Source of the DNA: Coleofasciculus sp. B1-GNL1-01
GTDB taxonomy: Bacteria; Cyanobacteriota; Cyanobacteriia; Cyanobacteriales; Coleofasciculaceae
Length of the DNA: 16,310 bases
Assembly (NCBI GenBank): GCA_040220235.1
Contig: JAVJTO010000160.1
Direction: 5' to 3' (one strand)
A model generated the notes under the pieces. The model saw nothing but the letters and a program-made list of their open reading frames with translations, did no database searches and had not been told where the DNA came from. The position numbers were made by a program, and so were the translations under genes. This document shows, piece by piece, positions 8,206 through 16,005 of this stretch; position 1 is the stretch's first letter; each line of letters starts with the position of its first letter.

Positions 8206-8257
8206 GTAGGGGTTGGGTTGCCAAACCCTACTGTTACTGTTACCAAACCCTACTGTT
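8206..8257. repeat. REP-like GTAG...CTAC palindrome plus a 15-bp direct repeat overlapping the TPR gene stop codon
   Basis: GTAGGGGTTGG-gttg-CCAAACCCTAC at 8206-8231. CCAAACCCTACTGTT occurs at 8221-8235 and 8243-8257. Confidence 0.65.
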
Positions 8258-9149
8258 CAGGATTTTCATCCCCTTCCGGAAGCGGTTCGGGAAAATCAGG
8301 TGTCTCGTTATTATCAGGGGATGCGGTTGGTGGAGGTGTAGGCTGTTCGCTTAATGTGGCAAGTTGCTTGACTTGATCTTTGTACTCCTGCGGTGCGAGA
8401 GAAACCGCTGTGGTAAATAGAGGCTTGGCTTCTTCGGTTTTCCCTTGTTGGCGGAGAATTAGGGCTTTAGCCAATACCGGGCGAAAATCTTGGGGATTTT
8501 CTTCGATCAGTTCATCATAAATGGTGAGGGCTTCAGTAAACCGCTGTTGACTCAGGTAGACTTCTCCTAACAACAATTTGACAGAACTCACATCCACTCT
8601 ACCCGGTTGAGTCTGATTCTGTTGTCCAGCGTTTTTAATTGTCTCTTGCAATAAACCAATCGCCGCTTCTGGACGGTTTTGCTGAATATACAAAGCCGCT
8701 AATCCTTTTAAGGCATTGATATCTCCGGGCTGTGAGGCTAAAATTTGACGGTAAGCTTGGGCTGCACCTTCGCGATCGCCAGTTTGTTCTCTCGCCTGAG
8801 CTAGCAATACCCCATATTCGGCTTGGTCGGGATTCAGTTCAGCTAAGGTTTCTAACGGTGCGATCGCGCCTTCAACATCACCTAGGCGCAATTTTGCCTC
8901 TAATAGTCCCCGCAACGCGGTTTGATTTTGCGGTTCTCGCTGTAAAACCAGTTCGTACCCTTTAGCTTGTTCTTCGAGTTGATCTTGCTGTTCTGTGGAT
9001 AGGCTGGGTTGGGCATTCGGTGTGGCGACAGCAGACGGCTGATTGCTCTCTACAACACTCCTTAACAGCGGAATCGTCGATATACCCACAAATGCCAGCA
9101 CGGCTAGCACTAACACGACTATCACCCAAACCCTGCGTTTTTGAGACAC
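8250..9149 (-). CDS. Tetratricopeptide repeat protein with N-terminal membrane anchor/signal
   Basis: 299 aa with a GTG start, a KRR-plus-hydrophobic N-terminus, several TPR-like helical repeats (for example LGDVEGAIAPLETLAELNP and GDREGAAQAYRQILASQP) and a Pro/Glu-rich tail. Confidence 0.88.
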   Translation of the reverse strand: MSQKRRVWVIVVLVLAVLAFVGISTIPLLRSVVESNQPSAVATPNAQPSLSTEQQDQLEEQAKGYELVLQREPQNQTALRGLLEAKLRLGDVEGAIAPLETLAELNPDQAEYGVLLAQAREQTGDREGAAQAYRQILASQPGDINALKGLAALYIQQNRPEAAIGLLQETIKNAGQQNQTQPGRVDVSSVKLLLGEVYLSQQRFTEALTIYDELIEENPQDFRPVLAKALILRQQGKTEEAKPLFTTAVSLAPQEYKDQVKQLATLSEQPTPPPTASPDNNETPDFPEPLPEGDENPEQ

Positions 9150-9392
9150 AAAAAATTCCTTGAACTCTACTGAACATTATGAACGCCAAGGCGTCGTTTG
9201 CGCCAATGGTTGCATTTTGATCGGAACGCTAGCTTCTTGGGGAATTCACTCTCAGTTGCGGTTAATCGGCGTAGATAGATAGGACAAGGAAGAAAAGGAC
9301 TAGAAAATAGTAGGTCTGAACGCCACAATCGATCCAGTCATGAATTATCTCAGTTAGGCGTTCTGCATTGGCGGCTGTTTTAGCTACGTTAT

Positions 9393-9752
9393 TTAACTAT
9401 TTTGATGCTCCAGCAATGTCAAGAATTTATCCACATTAAAGGGTTTGAGAATATGATCAATGCCTAACCCCCTAATTTTCATCAGATTAATTTGATCGGC
9501 ACTGGCGGTAAGAAAGACAAATTTAGTGTCAGCCGTGTTAGGATCTTGACGCAATGCCTCTAAAACGCCATAACCATCCAGTTTAGGCATCATCACATCA
9601 CACAAAATTACATCCGGATGAAACTCTTTGGCTATTTCCACCCCAGCCTGACCATTGTCTGCTCCGATGGCATCAAATCCTTCAATTTCCAGTAGTTCTA
9701 AGAGATTATCTCGAATTAAGCTTTCGTCTTCAATCACTAAAATTTTTCTCAT
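9393..9752 (-). CDS. Single-domain (CheY-like) response regulator
   Basis: 119 aa containing ILVIEDE, the phosphoacceptor motif LCDVMMPKLDG, FLTA and LKPF, with no output domain. Confidence 0.93.
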   Translation of the reverse strand: MRKILVIEDESLIRDNLLELLEIEGFDAIGADNGQAGVEIAKEFHPDVILCDVMMPKLDGYGVLEALRQDPNTADTKFVFLTASADQINLMKIRGLGIDHILKPFNVDKFLTLLEHQNS

Positions 9753-9843
9753 GGGAGATCCTCACGGTTTAATTTACATTTTGTCACAATTTTGCTCTAC
9801 CTAACCGCCATCATCAGCGGTGATTTCTGCTATCTTAATCAAG

Positions 9844-10626
9844 ATGAAACGATATCTGAACGTACTCCAGTTGTTCTGGAGGACTGCTCTCGCCGCTGAA
9901 CTCGAGTATCGCCTCAACTTTCTGATTGCTGCCTTAAGCAGTCTCGGAAACTTAGTAGGCAGTTTATTTGGGTTATTTTTGTTTTACCGCACGGGCTACA
10001 CCTTTCAGGGCTGGAGTTGGGAAGAAGCTTTAGTGATTCTGGGGATTTTTACCCTTCTCCAAGGGTTTGCGGCGACGCTGCTGAGTCCTAATCTCAATCG
10101 CATTGTCCAGCATGTCCAGCAGGGTACGCTTGACTTTATCTTACTTAAGCCGATTAGTTCCCAGTTTTGGCTGTCATCTCGCACCCTGTCGCCTTGGGGA
10201 TTGCCTGATTTAATTTTTGCTGGAATCCTCCTAGCTTATGCAGGTAAACGCCTTAACATCAGTGGGGTTGATTACCTTTTGGGCGCTGTTCCCCTGGTGT
10301 TTGGTCTGATCAGTCTTTACAGCCTCTGGTTTATACTGGGAGCCACGAGTATTTGGTTTGTCAAAATTTATAATGTGACTGAAGTGCTGCGCGGGTTGTT
10401 GGAAGCAGGGCGTTTTCCGATGGTGGCTTATCCCACCGTTTATCGATTTTTCTTTACCTTTGTTGTCCCTGTGGCGTTCTTAACGACGATACCCGCCGAG
10501 GTAATATTAGGTCGCGGTGAGTTCGTCTGGGTGGTGGGTGCGGCGATTCTGGCATTAGGATTACTGTTAGCATCCGGGATCTTTTGGCGGTTTGCCCTAC
10601 GGTTTTATACCAGTGCGTCGAGTTAA
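9844..10626 (+). CDS. ABC-2 family transporter permease (DUF990-type)
   Basis: About six TM helices, with the motifs EYRLNF, GTLDFILLKP and RFP..YP...RFFFTFVVPVAFLTTIPA. The start is placed at ATG 9844 (260 aa); an alternative GTG start lies at 9820. Confidence 0.9.
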   Translation: MKRYLNVLQLFWRTALAAELEYRLNFLIAALSSLGNLVGSLFGLFLFYRTGYTFQGWSWEEALVILGIFTLLQGFAATLLSPNLNRIVQHVQQGTLDFILLKPISSQFWLSSRTLSPWGLPDLIFAGILLAYAGKRLNISGVDYLLGAVPLVFGLISLYSLWFILGATSIWFVKIYNVTEVLRGLLEAGRFPMVAYPTVYRFFFTFVVPVAFLTTIPAEVILGRGEFVWVVGAAILALGLLLASGIFWRFALRFYTSASS

Positions 10627-10631
10627 AACCT

Positions 10632-10716
10632 GTAGAGACGTGATGCCAAAAGCGTCTGTAGGGGCGGGTTTCACGACTATCGTTTTTTCTCACCCAGATG
10701 TTACTAAACCCGCCCC
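10632..10716 (+). repeat. Two tandem GTAG-family REP-like hairpins
   Basis: GTAG-AGACG-N12-CGTCT at 10632-10657 is followed directly by GTAG at 10658 and the perfect 11-bp stem GGGGCGGGTTT (10661-10671) / AAACCCGCCCC (10706-10716). Confidence 0.7.
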
Positions 10717-10747
10717 AACCCAATGAACGAGTTTTGAATGAATAACA

Positions 10748-11614
10748 ATGCGATCGCAATGGGACTGTTTACTACAAAATTTAGGCGAATGGCAAGGTTC
10801 GTTTACCCGCTTCTCGCCACAAGGAGAACCGTTGACACCGAGCGGAGTCGAGGTGTTGACGGATACACCGACGGTTGTCAGCTTGGAGGGACTCAATCAA
10901 AATAAAACGGTGCGCCAGGTGATTCGCCGTTATCCCCCCGATCGCGCTGTCGAGGAAACGGTCTTAGAATACAGTACCTTAGCCAGAAGTGTGCTATTTT
11001 TTGAGACGGGCGCATTCTCTCAAGGCTCAATGCAGTGGGGTCCTTTTTCCGAATTTGGGGCTGAATTGGGCTTAATTGCTGGAAATCGCCGCCTACGGTT
11101 AGTGCAACTCTACAATAAAGACGCTCAACTGTCTCAGTTAACTTTAATACGAGAAAAACGCGCCGGAACTGATACCCCAGAACGTCCCCCTCTAACCGTT
11201 GATCAACTCCTGGGAGAATGGCAAGGTGAAGCGATTACCCTCTATCCCGACTTGCGATCGCCGGATACCTATTCCACTAAACTCACGATTGAACGCCAAG
11301 ACAGTAATCGCCTCATCCAACAACTAACCTTTGGCGTCGGTGCATCCGTTCAGACCCTAACCTCCAGTGCTAGAATCGACGGAGAGATGCTCTATTTCCA
11401 GGACGGTGGATTACCCGTTCAGGTCGTACTTCTCCCCGATGGCGCGTCTTCTAACTGTCCATTAACGATTAAATCCGGTCACAGTTTCGTCTTAGAAGTC
11501 GGTTGGTTAGTCGAACCCACCCTACGCCAACGACTGATTCGCCGCTATAGCGATCGCGGATCTTGGGTCAGTCTGACGTTAGTTAGAGAGCAACAAGTAA
11601 AACGTTCCGCGTAA
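10748..11614 (+). CDS. DUF3598 family protein (tandem lipocalin-like beta-barrels; plant BFA1-like)
   Basis: 288 aa with the characteristic SQW..LLQNLGEWQGSFT start, an internal repeat LLGEWQGEA, and the motifs GAFSQGSMQ, LLPDGASSNCP and R.IRRY...G.W.SLTLV.E. Confidence 0.88.
   Translation: MRSQWDCLLQNLGEWQGSFTRFSPQGEPLTPSGVEVLTDTPTVVSLEGLNQNKTVRQVIRRYPPDRAVEETVLEYSTLARSVLFFETGAFSQGSMQWGPFSEFGAELGLIAGNRRLRLVQLYNKDAQLSQLTLIREKRAGTDTPERPPLTVDQLLGEWQGEAITLYPDLRSPDTYSTKLTIERQDSNRLIQQLTFGVGASVQTLTSSARIDGEMLYFQDGGLPVQVVLLPDGASSNCPLTIKSGHSFVLEVGWLVEPTLRQRLIRRYSDRGSWVSLTLVREQQVKRSA
10834..10857 (+). mobile_element. 24-nt small dispersed repeat (SDR-like hairpin) inserted in frame in the DUF3598 gene
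   Basis: The stem GACACC/GGTGTT encloses the loop GAGCGGAGTCGA. GTTGAC is duplicated 24 bp apart (10831-10836 and 10855-10860). Removing 24 nt leaves an in-frame GEPLTDTPTVVSLEG. Confidence 0.65.
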
Positions 11615-11652
11615 GCCATTATCAATTATTATCAACTATTAAATTATTAATG

Positions 11653-11696
11653 GTTCATCGCCCGTTGTTCATTACCATGAACAATGAGCAATGAAC
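11653..11696. repeat. Long hairpin built from inverted heptamer repeats upstream of the histidine kinase
   Basis: GTTCATCGCCCGTTGTTCAT (11653-11672) matches the reverse complement of 11677-11696 (GTTCATTGCTCATTGTTCAT) at 17/20, with a 4-nt loop. Confidence 0.6.
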
Positions 11697-11739
11697 GTCA
11701 AATACCCAGCATCACAACACCCAAAAGGGAGGGTTCATA

Positions 11740-14700
11740 ATGTGGACAGTCTTGGCGAACTATATTCCCCATGGACATTGTTATCTTTGGCAGCCAGGAC
11801 TGGTATGGCTTCATCTATTGTCCGATTCGTTAACTGGACTCGCTTACTATTCGATTCCGGTAACCTTAGTTTACTTCGTCCGCAAGCGACAGGATCTGCC
11901 CTTTGACTGGATATTTTGGTTATTTAGTGCCTTTATCTTAGCCTGTGGTACAACCCATATTATGAGCGTGTGGACGCTATGGCATCCCGATTACTGGCTG
12001 AGTGGACTCATCAAAGCAATCACCGCGATCGTTTCCCTGGCTACAGCCGTACTGCTGGTGCAATTAATTCCCAAAGCCCTAGCATTACCCAGTCCGGCTC
12101 AACTCGAACAAGAAATCAGAGAACGCAAAACAGCAGAAACAGAATTACAGCATACTCTACAACGCCTCACCTTTCATGTAGAAAATTCTCCCTTGGCGGT
12201 GATTGAATGGGATAGTCACCATCGAGTGCAACGCTGGTCCCAACAGGCTGAACAAATCTTTGGCTGGAAGGCTGAGGAAGCCTTAGGTCGGCAGATTGAT
12301 GAGTTGCAACTGGTATTTACTGAAGATAGGGATGCCGTTAATGTGGTGATGACGAATTTACTTGATGGTAGTACACCTCGCTCTATTTGTTGTAATCGTA
12401 ACTACACCAAAGAGGGTTCAGTCATTGATTGCGAATGGTACAATTCAGCACTGCGCGATGACGCCGATAATTTAGTCTCAATTTTATCCTTGGCTCTGGA
12501 TATTACCAGTCGCAAGCAAGCGGAAACGGCACTGAAGCAAGTCAATGTGGAATTAGAACATCGCGTTGAGGAACGAACCACCCAGCTACAGCAACTCAAT
12601 CAAAATTTGGAACAAGAACGCCAGCAACTCCGACAAATTATTACCGTTGCACCTGTGGCGATGGCAATGTTTGATCGGCAAATGCGCTATTTAGCTCATT
12701 CTCAACAGTGGCTCACGGTTTATGGCTTAGACGAACAATCCCTGATCAATCGGTGTCACTATGATATATTCCCGGAGCTACCCCAACCGTGGCGAGAAGC
12801 TCATCAACGGGCGTTACAGGGAGAGATTATTACCAAGAATGAAGATGTCTGGCAACGGGCTGATGGTACGACAATTTATGAACATTGGGCGATTCATCCT
12901 TGGTATACCTCAACGGGGGACGTTGGCGGAATTGTGCTTGCCTGTTTTCCGATTAATGAGTTAGTAGAAGCGCGAGAAGCGGCTTTAGCAACGGCACGGC
13001 TCAAGTCTAAATTTCTGGCAAATATGAGTCATGAAATCCGCACCCCGATTAATGGGGTTTTAGGGATGATGCGGTTACTCTTGCAAACTGATCTGAACCC
13101 TCAACAACTGAATTACACGCGCACGATCGAAAGCTGTGCTAAACATCTGCTTACGGTGATTAATGATATTCTTGATGTTTCTAAACTCGAAGCCGGAAAA
13201 ATGGCTTTGGAGCAGATCGACTTTAGCTTAGAACGTTGCTTGGATTCTGTGATTGATGTCTTAGCGGTACAGGCAGAGACAAAGGGGTTAGAATTAGCTA
13301 TCCTGGTTGAACCCAATGTTCCGCGACAGTTACAGAGTGATCCGGGACGTTTACGTCAGATTTTGTTGAATTTGGTCGGTAATGCGATTAAGTTTACCGA
13401 TGCAGGGGAAGTGGTGGTGCGGGTAGCGGTCAGTGAGCATCAACCCACAGATACGTTATCTCAATCTTCAGTTACCTTGCAATTTTCCGTCACCGATACC
13501 GGAATTGGTATTAGCGCGGCTGATCAATCCAAATTGTTTCAAGCATTTTCCCAAGTCGAGGCTTCAACAACACGGCGCTATGGGGGAACGGGTTTGGGAT
13601 TGGTGATTTGTCAGCAATTGGTTGAGTTGCTGGGGGGTAAAATTGGGGTTGAGAGTAAGGTGGGTCAAGGATCAAGATTTTGGTTTACTGTACCCGTTAA
13701 GATGCAACCCTTACCACCCGCCCAAGCGGTTCCCTTAGCACTACGCCAACTCAAACTCTTAGTCACCGCCGAAAATGCCACAACTCGCCAAACCGTGCGA
13801 TCGCATCTGGAAGCCTGGGGGATGCAGATTGATGAAGCCACGGATAGTACCAGTACCATGGATGCTTTACGGAATGCGGTGAGCCAATGTCATCCCTATG
13901 ATGTGGCGATTCTGGATTTGCAACTCCCTGGAAGTCAGGGGGAGTCAATTGTGCCGATGATTCGCTGTAATCCCAGTTTGGCGTCCACTAAATTGATTGT
14001 GATCACAACAATGCATCAGCTTGATACGGTGCAAGAGTTGGAATCGATGGAGATTTTGGGGTATCTGACTAAACCGATGAAAGCGTCACAGCTATGGGAG
14101 AGTTTATTGGCTGCGGTGACGCCTGAGGTAGATTTGGAGACTTGGCAAACCCCTATCCATCAACCCACTCATCTGAATGATTCATCCCACTTGAAGATTT
14201 TACTGGTTGATGATCATCCCATCAATCAAACGGTGATCGTCAACCAGTTGCAAATGCTAGGGTATCAGCCTGAGTGCGCCAGTAACGGGTCAGAGGCTTT
14301 GGCGAAATTACAAGCCCAATCTTACGATATTGTGTTTATGGATTGTCAGATGCCTGTCTTGGATGGCTATGAAGCGACTCGTGAATTACGACGCCAAGAA
14401 GGGTCAAATCGGCATACGATTGTCATTGCTTTAACCGCTAGTGCCTTAGAGAGCGATCGCGAAAAATGTTTGGCGGTGGGGATGGATGACTTTCTCAGTA
14501 AACCCTTTGATCAAGATACCTTACAGGCAATGATCGAACGTTGGGCAAAGTCTGGGGGAGCTGGGGGAGCTGGGGGAGCTGGGGAAGCTGGGGAAGCAGC
14601 AATTAATTCGAGTCGTTTGGCGTCTACAGGCTTCTACCTTGATCACACGTTATTCGATACAGAACGTCTAGAGGTGATCTCCAGAGGTCAAATCATCCTG

Positions 14701-14985
14701 CAAAAGCAACTCATACAAGCCTTTATTAAACATGCTCAACCGAGACTTGAACAAATGTATCACGCTCTCCAGATGAAAGATTTCCAGATGCTTGAGCAAC
14801 AAGCCCATCGGCTTAAGGGTACGAGTGCGAATATTGGTGTGCGACTCATTCCCCAAATCGCCGCCCAATTAGAGCAACAGGCGCGGGAAAAAACCTTAGT
14901 CAAAGCAAATGAGCGACTCGAATCCTTAAAACGACAATTAGAGAAAGTGCAAGCGTTTCTGCTTAGCACAGTGAATTTGAGTTGA
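11740..14985 (+). CDS. Ethylene-receptor-like hybrid sensor histidine kinase (ETR-type 3-TM domain, PAS, PAS, HisKA, HATPase, REC, REC, Hpt)
   Basis: 1081 aa. The N-terminus contains SD..TGLAYYSIP and FILACGTTH, followed by two PAS/PAC domains. It has the H-box FLANMSHEIRTP, N-box NLVGNAIKFT, G boxes DTGIG and GGTGLGL, two receivers (LDLQLP and MDCQMP) and the Hpt motif AHRLKG. A GGAGG RBS lies upstream. Confidence 0.93.
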   Translation: MWTVLANYIPHGHCYLWQPGLVWLHLLSDSLTGLAYYSIPVTLVYFVRKRQDLPFDWIFWLFSAFILACGTTHIMSVWTLWHPDYWLSGLIKAITAIVSLATAVLLVQLIPKALALPSPAQLEQEIRERKTAETELQHTLQRLTFHVENSPLAVIEWDSHHRVQRWSQQAEQIFGWKAEEALGRQIDELQLVFTEDRDAVNVVMTNLLDGSTPRSICCNRNYTKEGSVIDCEWYNSALRDDADNLVSILSLALDITSRKQAETALKQVNVELEHRVEERTTQLQQLNQNLEQERQQLRQIITVAPVAMAMFDRQMRYLAHSQQWLTVYGLDEQSLINRCHYDIFPELPQPWREAHQRALQGEIITKNEDVWQRADGTTIYEHWAIHPWYTSTGDVGGIVLACFPINELVEAREAALATARLKSKFLANMSHEIRTPINGVLGMMRLLLQTDLNPQQLNYTRTIESCAKHLLTVINDILDVSKLEAGKMALEQIDFSLERCLDSVIDVLAVQAETKGLELAILVEPNVPRQLQSDPGRLRQILLNLVGNAIKFTDAGEVVVRVAVSEHQPTDTLSQSSVTLQFSVTDTGIGISAADQSKLFQAFSQVEASTTRRYGGTGLGLVICQQLVELLGGKIGVESKVGQGSRFWFTVPVKMQPLPPAQAVPLALRQLKLLVTAENATTRQTVRSHLEAWGMQIDEATDSTSTMDALRNAVSQCHPYDVAILDLQLPGSQGESIVPMIRCNPSLASTKLIVITTMHQLDTVQELESMEILGYLTKPMKASQLWESLLAAVTPEVDLETWQTPIHQPTHLNDSSHLKILLVDDHPINQTVIVNQLQMLGYQPECASNGSEALAKLQAQSYDIVFMDCQMPVLDGYEATRELRRQEGSNRHTIVIALTASALESDREKCLAVGMDDFLSKPFDQDTLQAMIERWAKSGGAGGAGGAGEAGEAAINSSRLASTGFYLDHTLFDTERLEVISRGQIILQKQLIQAFIKHAQPRLEQMYHALQMKDFQMLEQQAHRLKGTSANIGVRLIPQIAAQLEQQAREKTLVKANERLESLKRQLEKVQAFLLSTVNLS
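14552..14596 (+). repeat. In-frame 9-bp tandem repeat (CTGGGGRAG)x5 in the REC2-Hpt linker
   Basis: Three CTGGGGGAG and two CTGGGGAAG units encode GGAGGAGGAGEAGEA. Confidence 0.9.
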
Positions 14986-14990
14986 GACTC

Positions 14991-15117
14991 CTGGCTCTCC
15001 CGGATGCTTGGTGAAAAAAGTAGTTGATTCTACAAAATTCCTGATAAATCCAGGCTAAAAAGCTTGATCTGGCTAAATTATAAGCTGGCGTTATCGCCAC
15101 AAGTACGGGAGAGCCGA
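14991..15117. mobile_element. MITE-like element (GGCTCTCCCG-ended family, copy 2)
   Basis: GGCTCTCCCG at 14993-15002 pairs with CGGGAGAGCC at 15106-15115. The right TIR is 24/27 identical to the left TIR of the 1223-1532 element. Confidence 0.75.
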
Positions 15118-15144
15118 GCAGAGTGCTGTTTTAGGCGAAGTTAT

Positions 15145-15960
15145 CTATTTTACACTTGGTAATACCTTTGTGGCTTTTCTCCCTTGATCGCGCTGCCGCT
15201 CTGGGTGACCAAACCACGACCAACTGTGATTTTCAGGCATATGTTCGTGCAAGGTTTGAACCACATCCTTCATCGTCCCATCGGCAGCAACCCAACCCCG
15301 TTCAATATCTGGGAAATCAATCTTGCAGTTTTCGCATTTCTTGTCGTGGTAAAAGCGGATTGGACACCAAAAGGATTCCACATTTCGCAGCATTTCAGCA
15401 CCCAGAGAATACACGCCAGTCATCCAATCGCAGTATAAACACCAAATTAGATCGTGTCCGACTAAACCTTCAAATTTCTGGCGACTCACATTGATCCAAT
15501 CGCTATGTTTGTAATTGGGAAATCCAAGCAAAAAGGTAAGGAATGGGTAGACAAATAATTGAGCAAAGCGAATGGCAAAAAATGCGGGCAGAGCCATCGC
15601 GGTTACCCACAATCCCAAATGGTTGCGCCACCAACCAAATCGCTGGTTGAGGTAACTAACGATTCGACCGTCTCGGGCTGCATCTGTGTGGAATAATTCA
15701 TGACCATAAATCCACAATTGCATTACCCCGATCTGTGCCACCAGCGCCCCTGTAAAACCCCACCATCCAGCAAATACGCCACAGAAAAGCCAGGGAAGCC
15801 AAGTCAGAGCCGAAACAACCAGATCGAGTGTGGGTGCTTTAGTGCAAGCCTCAGAAATATTTTTACCCAGGGAACCCAATCGCGGCATTAGCATTAGCAG
15901 CCCGATTAAAATGCTCTCTAGACAAAAAATTGTTAAACCAGATATGATCAATTCTGTCAT
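15145..15960 (-). CDS. Uncharacterised integral membrane protein with HExxH and CxxC motifs
   Basis: 271 aa with an ATG start and a GGAG RBS, about four hydrophobic helices, HELFH (aa 87-91), CLYC (174-177), WCP (198-200) and CENC (209-212). Confidence 0.85.
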   Translation of the reverse strand: MTELIISGLTIFCLESILIGLLMLMPRLGSLGKNISEACTKAPTLDLVVSALTWLPWLFCGVFAGWWGFTGALVAQIGVMQLWIYGHELFHTDAARDGRIVSYLNQRFGWWRNHLGLWVTAMALPAFFAIRFAQLFVYPFLTFLLGFPNYKHSDWINVSRQKFEGLVGHDLIWCLYCDWMTGVYSLGAEMLRNVESFWCPIRFYHDKKCENCKIDFPDIERGWVAADGTMKDVVQTLHEHMPENHSWSWFGHPERQRDQGRKATKVLPSVK

Positions 15961-16005
15961 AGTTTACTTCTCCAATATGTTATGTATGTCGAAAAACTTC
16001 ATTCA

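Larger units (their letters stand above)
4408..14460. repeat. HIP1 octamers (GCGATCGC) dispersed through the window
   Basis: At least 13 copies counted by eye, near 4408, 5640, 6370, 6681, 6770, 7386, 8773, 8859, 10750, 11254, 11550, 13797 and 14453. This is far above chance and typical of cyanobacteria. Confidence 0.9.

Noticed and set aside
1670..15891. Numerous short antisense or overlapping ORFs (for example 1670-1966, 2093-2425, 7335-7592, 8104-8376, 10454-10759 and 15156-15494)
   Set aside because: They are shadow ORFs of well-supported CDS and have no recognisable motifs.
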